64,000 nucleotides of DNA, from assembly GCF_009914755.1 (NCBI RefSeq), contig NC_060929.1; one strand, written 5' to 3'. The position numbers and the translations under genes were made by a program. A model generated the notes under the pieces. The model did not search any database. It was not told the origin of the DNA and saw only the letters and a program-made list of their open reading frames with translations. This stretch comes from the human T2T-CHM13v2.0 reference genome, Homo sapiens. This document shows, piece after piece, positions 56,605 to 64,000 of the stretch (position 1 is its first letter; each line of letters opens with the position of its first letter).

Positions 56605-58637
56605 TGGGGCCCAGGGCTCCCGACCTCCTCTGCCATCACTGCATTGGAGCCCAGGGTAACTCTACTAGTGGCAGGTAAGCCAATCTCTTTTTTAATCAAT
56701 AACGGAGCCACCTACTCTGCTTTACATAAATTTGCAGGACCAGATCATCCCTCTCAGGTCTCAGCTGTGGGAGTTGATGGACTTGTCTCCAATTTCTGTG
56801 CCACCGGACCACTGTCCTGTCCCCTGTTTAATACCATTTTCTCACACTCTTTCCTTATCATGCCTCGCTGCCCTACTCCCATTCTAGGCCGAGACCTCTT
56901 AACCAAATTTAAGGCTTCTATCACCTTTTCCTGCCTCCCTCAACCAAAGTCCCTCCTGCTCCTTTCCACTAGTCTGGCCCCTGACCCCTCTCCCCAGTAC
57001 CCACTCCCTGCCTGTCTCATAGTATGGGGCACCACCACCCCGTCCCTAGCACCCACTCCCTGCCTGTCTCATAGTATGGGGCACCACCACCCCGTCCCTA
57101 GCTGCTTACCATTATCCCATAAAAATCCACTTAAAAGACCCCTCCAAATTTCCCAGCGTACCCCAGTACCCCATCTCTCTCACCCACCAAAAAGGCTTAC
57201 AGCCCATTATAAACAAACTCTGTTCGTGCATTCTCCTTAGACCAACTCACTCTCCATATAACATTCCCATCTTCCTTGTTAAGAAATCAGACGGCTCGTA
57301 CCAACTTGTCCAGGGCCTCTGAGCCATCAATTAGGCTGTCCTCACTATTCATCCCATAGTCCCTAATCCCTACACACTTCTGTCTCTCATCCCCTCCAAC
57401 ACCACCCACTACACCACAGTTGGCTTAAAGGATGCCTTCTTTACCATTCCCCTACACCCTGACTCCCAAAACCTCTTTGCCTTCACCTGGACTAATCCTG
57501 ACACTTTTCAATCACAACTCACATGGACCATCCTCCCTCAAGGCTTCAGGGACAGCCCTCACTTCTCTGGACAAGCTCTAGCCCAAGACCTCACCTCCTT
57601 AGACCAGTCCCCCAGCCATCTCCTTCGATACATAGATGATCTCCTTCTCTGGAGCCCCTCCCTAAAAGACTCTCAAACTCACACCATTACCCTTCTAAAC
57701 TTTCTTGCTAGCAAAGGATATAGAGTCTCCCCCTCCAAAGTCCAACTATCCACCCCAACAGTAACATACTTAGGAGTCCAACTCTGCCCCAGGGTCTGAG
57801 CTATGACCCTGGCATGGGCAGCCTTAATAAAACAGCTTGCCTCCGCCTTCCTCAAAAAATAAAATTCTCTGTCTTAGGATTGGCAGGTTTCTTTAGGATA
57901 TAAATTCCCAACTTTGCCCTCCTGGCTCACCCCCTCTATTAAGCAGCCAAAGGCTCCCTCAGTGAACCCCTAAGTCCCACACATAACATACTTCTCAGTG
58001 TCCATAAACTCCAAACCACTGTTGTCACTGCACCTGCCCTGTCCTTACCTGATATCTCCCAACCCTTCATTCTCTACACTGTCAAAAGCTGAGGGGTAAA
58101 CCTTGGTATCTTAGGGCAACAGAAAGAGGATCCTCCTTCCTTTGCCCCTGTAGCTTATCTCTCTAAACAATTAGACCACACTTCAAAGGATGGCCAACCT
58201 GTCTTAGAGCATTAGCAGTGGCAGCCGTTTTAGCTCTGGAAAGCAAAAAACTAACACTTGGCCAAAGCACCACCATCCACTGCCCTCACAATTTACAGGA
58301 TCTCCTCTCCTCCCAGGTGTTAAACTCCCTCTCTCCTTCCCGAGTTCAGTCACTCCATGCCCTCTTTATTGAAAATCCCAAATCCAGTGTTGCCAAAAGT
58401 GCTCCCCTCAACCCAACATCCTTACTCCCCATATCTTCTTCCCCTCTTACTCATTCTTGGACTGACATCCTGGACCTTGTACAGCCACATTTCCCAAATA
58501 TTTCCTCTGAGCCTCTCACCAATCCCTATGAACAACTGTTCATAGATGGCTCCTCTTCCAGGCCCACTGGCTCCCCCAAAATTGCTGGATATGCAGTTGT
58601 TTTCCTTGACCAAGTAATTAAAGCCATACCCCTACCA
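56605..58637 (+). pseudogene. pol: ERV pro-pol (protease, RT, partial RNase H); integrase deleted
   Basis: FLINNGATYS (dead DTG), LKDAFF, LPQG at 57533, YIDD at 57629, PVAYLSKQLD, LFIDGSS; multiple stops and frameshifts. Confidence 0.92.
56999..57102. repeat. perfect 52-bp tandem duplication at the pro/RT boundary
   Basis: 56999-57050 is identical to 57051-57102. Confidence 0.95.
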
Positions 58638-60069
58638 AAACCCAGATTTACAGTCCTTAATAAGTCTCTCCAATTCCTATTCCAAAATGAAAAACCTCTC
58701 AACACAATAAGGCAAGCAGCTCTGTTAATGTGCCCCTATTTCCATATTGGTTCCACTCCTACCAACCATACTAAGCCCATCTTCCGTCCTACAGCCACCA
58801 ACATCTTCTAAACTTCTCAAGCCCCTCTGTGCATCCAATGCCACTTCCCCTCAGGTCACCTCCTAAGACACCTACCTTCAAACCACTACAACTTCACTGC
58901 AACTTCACAACTTCACTCTGCAACTCCAAGGCCCAGTTAATCATACTAATCTTTCAATTTTCTGGGTTACTATGAGCTTTTCTGGCCCCTGAAAATTAAC
59001 ACCACTGTACTACACAACATAAACTCAAGATACTGCAACAAAAGACACCTACCCTGCCTATCCCTTCAACCCTGGACTACATTCCCCTATAAGGCTCACC
59101 ACCCCCAACCCCAAACGAATATCTCCTAATCCCCCTGTTAAACAGTAACCACAAACTCCTGGTAGACACAAAACGGTTTCTCCTCCACCAGGAAAATAAC
59201 CAGGTTCAATCCAACCATCCCCCAATACCCTCTTCCAGCCACTCCTCACAGCTGCCTTAGCAAGCACCCTAGGAGCATGGATACATGAAGACCACAAGCT
59301 TAAACACCTTTTTAACATACACAACCAATTTTGTTTACCTAGCCAAGCCATATTCTTCCTGTGCGGTACCTCCGCCTACCTCTACCTCCCTACCAACTGG
59401 ACTGGTACTTGTACTCTGGTTGTCCTAAGCCCAAAAATTAACATTGCCCCTGGAAACCAAAGCCTATGAATCCTTGTAAAAACTCAAGTGCGCCAATGCA
59501 GTGCCGTTCAGTTAATACTTCTCCTAGTAGGGCTAGAAATGACTACTGTGGTTGGAACCAGAGTGGCGGGGCTTTCTACTTCCCTCATGTACTATCACTG
59601 TCTCTCACAAGATCTTACAGGCAGTTAAAAAGACATAGCTAACACTGTTTCAACCCTCCAATCACAGGTAGACTCCTTAGCCGCAGTTGTCCTTCAAAAT
59701 CACAGAGGTCTTAATTTGCTCACTGCTGAAAAAGGAAGGCTGTGCATCTTTTTAGATAAACAGTGCTGCTTTTATCTCAATCAATCAGGCCTAGTACAAG
59801 ATGCAGTCAAAAAATGAGAAAACCAAACCCCACCCCCCCACCAAAAAAAAAAAAAAAACACATCCTCTACCTGGTCCCTCTGGCCTTCATGGTCCCTTAG
59901 CTTTTGGGCTCCCTGGCTACTACCCCTCCTTCGCCCAGCTATAAGCATGCTTCTTCTCTTAGCTTTTGGACCCTGCTTCATACGTCTCCTTACCCAGTTT
60001 TTACAGGACCACATCAAAGCCTTCACCCATAGGACAGTTCAAGATATGCTGCTTCTTCAAGAATACTGA
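58638..60069 (+). pseudogene. env: HERV-H-like env, 5'-truncated and disrupted
   Basis: FFLCGTSAYLYLPTNWTGTCTLV; ISD LQNHRGLNLLTAEKGRL at 59692; CX6CC (CIFLDKQCC); hydrophobic TM with FGPC. Confidence 0.9.
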
Positions 60070-60190
60070 TGGCTTCAAAAACAACCATCCGAAACCCCCA
60101 GCCTTTCCTCTTCTACGCCGCCCTTCCACAGCTACAAGCAGTCAGATGATAACGTTGCCCTCTTCCTTTATGACCTATTAAAGGCCGGAA

Positions 60191-60568
60191 TGTTAGAGAT
60201 CCAAGCTACCCCTCCTCCTCCTCCAGGAACTTCACAATACAGTCCTTTGTGACCACCTACAAACACCTCCCCAACTTTTCTACAGCCGCTTGTGCAAGAC
60301 TTTCAGTAGAACTAGTAAACAGTTCTAGGATACAGTTAAGACATCTGCCCACCTTGCTTAGCCGAACGGGCAAAAACATTTCCAGGAAATGGTTGAAACA
60401 CCTGCTACCCTACTCAGTTTCCCCTACCCCAGCCTAGCCCCTTGCCCTATAAAACCCCACAGCAGTCTGTAAATGAGGCTGCCTCCTCTGGAGCAGCCCA
60501 GCAGGTTAATAAAAACTTGCTTGCCTGAGTTTGGGGTCTACTCGTTCCTTCTCTCGGCTAACCTTATA
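60191..60568 (+). repeat. 3' LTR (TATAAAA 60448; AATAAA 60508)
   Basis: direct repeat of the 5' LTR with a 9-bp indel and about 35 substitutions. Confidence 0.95.
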
Positions 60569-60677
60569 GCTCTCATCTCAACCAATTCTAAGAATTATGC
60601 CCTTATATACTAGTGTGTGTGTACCACCATTTACATTTTTTGATTCTGGAATAACAGACTGTAAATAAAAACTATTC

Positions 60678-61002
<325 letters not shown>

Positions 61003-61409
61003 AACTATTCATAACTAGTTAAGAACTTGGGTTAATGATGCATGTTTCTGAAATAATTCTGCCAGAGTCAGTCTTAGTTCGTCTATGGCACAGATTTCTC
61101 TTTAAAAATGGCTTGAGAAGAATTGCTAGCTCTATTTCTAGCTCGAAATTATACACCCCATAACCTGCCATGACAACCGAGGGTGACATGATTTTTGCCT
61201 ACATTCATTTACCAGATCTGGACACATGGCTTTATAAAAGAGCTGGAAATTATAGGAGTGAAAATAAAATTGTCCGTATACTTTGTCATTCTATCACAAA
61301 AAATCATAAGATATTACCACTTAATACATTTCAAATACAAAAACATAATAAATCATGTTAATTGAAATGAAAATTTCTTTAAATATGGGTCTTGGAGGAC
61401 AATTTTTAA

Positions 61410-62194
61410 ATGGTAGAGTAAAGATATTTGAAAATGCACTCCTCCATAAAAGTGATGAGAATGCTGGGAGAAAAAAAATCAAAATTAATATTTTCAGAAT
61501 CTGAAAACAAAAGCTTTCAATTACTCAAAGTGTTTACTCAAGAAAAATCATTGAATCTAGGTAAGAACAGAAGATTCATGACCCTTTAACTTTCCCTAAT
61601 CCCATCATGCTGTCCCAGATTCACAGTACTCTTGAAAACTAACAACCTCATAATTCCAACAGCTGTGAAATCCAGCTAACCAACAACCACTGGAAGAAAC
61701 AACATATTTAGATATCCAAAAACACCCAAACTCCAGTGGATTCTCATTACTTGACCTGTCAGGCAACTCCCTGAAAAGCTTCATTCTCTGGGCAGTTGTA
61801 TAGTTGATATAGCACAGAGCTTCCTCTGTGCAAATAGCCATATCCTTAGAGCATTTATTTCAAAACAAACGATGGCAATTATTTAACAGCATAGCTGCCT
61901 GAAGTGGTGATAACCATTGGGGCCAATAAAAATCTGGCCAAAAATCTTAAAAGGAAAAAATGAGAAATGAGTTTTTCATGGGGCACTTTGAAAACCACTC
62001 ACATGTTGCTGGTATTTTGCAAAGCCACATGCCTCTACAGAGTCATGTGCATACTCAGGACTTTGCACATATCCAGAAAAGACCTGTGAAGGCCATGATC
62101 TCTGACCTCTGGAAGCCTTAAGACGGTAGGTAAATAGGAAGTAAAAACTAAGATGTAGTTAAAAACTACTTTTCAGAGTATTAAAAACATGCTT

Positions 62195-62247
<53 letters not shown>

Positions 62248-63430
62248 GAGACACACACACAAACACACACACAGAGCCCATTCGCAAAGGCTAAAAGACT
62301 TACTGGTGTGAGTAACTTAAGAGAATATATTAGATGACTACTAAGTGAACCAAGCAGAGACTTTAGTGGCTGCAGAATTCCTCCAGGATAATCCCTAAAT
62401 GAACAAATAGCAACGATGAAAACTGCAACAAACAGTAACAGGAAATACTGAAGATTGGGGGAGGTAGGGTGCTTTCTAAAGTTCACACGTTTAAATTGTC
62501 AACTAAATATACAGAGACAAAACAACAAAGCCTGGAGAGGGGAGAAAATCTGATTCCTGGAATGACTATATTTTATTATTTACAATATTGTTTAAACAAT
62601 AATAAAATAAATGCAAAGAGACGGCATACTTCATACACACAAGGCAAAAATACAGTCAATAGAAACTGTTCCTGATGAACCCTAGAATATCGGTAAGTAT
62701 ATACTTTTTAAATGAATTAAATAGAAATTTTAGAGTTGAAAATAAAACACTGAAATGAAAAGCTCACTAGAGTGTTTCAAAAGCAAATTTGAACATATAG
62801 ACTAAATACTTATACTGAGATTACCCAACCTATGAAACAGACTAGAATAAAGAATGAATAAGACCTCACAGACTTGTACAGCATCATCAAGTATATCAGA
62901 ATATTTATTACAGGATTCCCAGAAGAAAAGAGAGAGAAAGAAGCAGAAAGAAGACTTAGAAAATAAATGACTCAAAGTTTCCAAATGTAAAGAAAACTAT
63001 TTTGCATACCCCAAAATTCTAATGAGCTCCAGGTAAGATAAACTCAAAGAAAGCTATACTGACATTTATAGCCAATTTGGTAACATATAAAAACAAAAAG
63101 ACAACCGTCAAGATAAAATCTACTTATTACATCAACAAGATTAGCAGCTTACTTCTCAAGAGTCAAAAGGGAAAAAGAAAACTGTCCAGAATTCTACATA
63201 CAGCAAAATTATATTTTAATGACTAAAGAGAGTTTAAAAAAAATTACCAGACCAAAACTAATAAAAGGTATTGCTAATAGACTTGACTTAAAAAGACAGT
63301 TTTAAAAAGTCCTTATGACTGAAATAAAAGGACACTGGAAAGTAATTCAAATCCACACTACGAAGTTAAAAGCAATAATACAAGAAACTACATAGGTAAC
63401 TATAAAAGGTTTAGAATGTAGCATAAATAT
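61410..63430 (+). mobile_element. ancient L1M 5' region and ORF1 remnant
   Basis: gagttgaaaataaaacactgaaatgaaaagctcactagag, caggattcccagaag, ccagaattctacatacagcaaaattat. Confidence 0.6.
62215..62272. repeat. compound (CT)n(CA)n microsatellite
   Basis: direct inspection. Confidence 0.9.
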
Positions 63431-63431
63431 A

Positions 63432-63800
63432 TTTTTATCGTGATAAAATACACATACAATTCATCATTTTAATCATTTTAAATATATAATTGAGTGGTAT
63501 TTGGTACATTTGCAGTATTGTCCAATTTTGTACTATATAGTTCCAGAACATTTCATATATCAAAATAAATTCTGCATTCATTATGTTTTTTGTCCTTATC
63601 TTCTCTTTCCTCAGCTCCTGAGAAAGAAAACTCAGTTTTCTGTTCTAAAATTTGCCTATTCTGGATATTTCATAGGAATGGTATCATACAATATGTGACA
63701 TTTTGTGTCTAGTTTCTTGAACTTGGCATGATATTTAAGACTCATCCATGTAGCATGTACCTATGCTACATTCCTTTTTGTGGCTGAATAATGTCTATTT
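63432..63800 (-). mobile_element. L1MB/ME-type 3' end (minus strand)
   Basis: ttccagaacatttcat, tttgcctattctggatatttcata, ttcctttttgtggctgaataat. Confidence 0.8.
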
Positions 63801-64000
63801 TTATCTGTAATATTTTTCTTGCCCAATTTTACTAAAAAAGTAATAATTATAAATCATTGTTGATAAACTTATATTATATAAAGATGTAATTTGTGTGACG
63901 ATAATTGAAGTTCCAAGAAGAGAAATAAATTGAGCTATATTTGAACAATTTTTTTGTATATTACTTAAGCTGTATAGGTAGTAAGGTGAATGATATTGTG

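Larger units (their letters stand above)
54126..60568 (+). mobile_element. defective HERV-H/F-group (HERV-F, HERVFH21-like) provirus
   Basis: two homologous LTRs, TSD GCTCT (54121-54125 and 60569-60573), Phe PBS, gag-pro-pol-env remnants, PPT before the 3' LTR. Confidence 0.93.

Overview
This is AT-rich human genomic DNA (a human-specific AluYb8 sits at 60678-61002). It is intergenic or deep intronic and consists mostly of interspersed repeats. I found no credible host protein-coding gene, rRNA, tRNA or CRISPR array, and almost all listed ORFs are chance or repeat-derived. The largest element is a defective ~6.4 kb HERV-H/F-group provirus (54126-60568). It has two LTRs about 9-10% diverged, a GCTCT TSD, a tRNA-Phe PBS and disrupted gag-pro-pol-env. 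An internal deletion removes integrase and joins RNase H in frame to env SU. Two unusual L1-mediated insertions lie inside an old L1 ORF2: a near-orphan L1 3' transduction (16065-16524), and a MER41 ERV transcript that appears to have been retrocopied by L1 (16765-19552) and keeps an intact GAS motif. The window also holds several local templated or tandem duplications and hairpins. I did not find a new biological system. Subfamily names come from recalled consensus sequences and need RepeatMasker/Dfam confirmation; the boundaries of old L1 and L2 copies are approximate.
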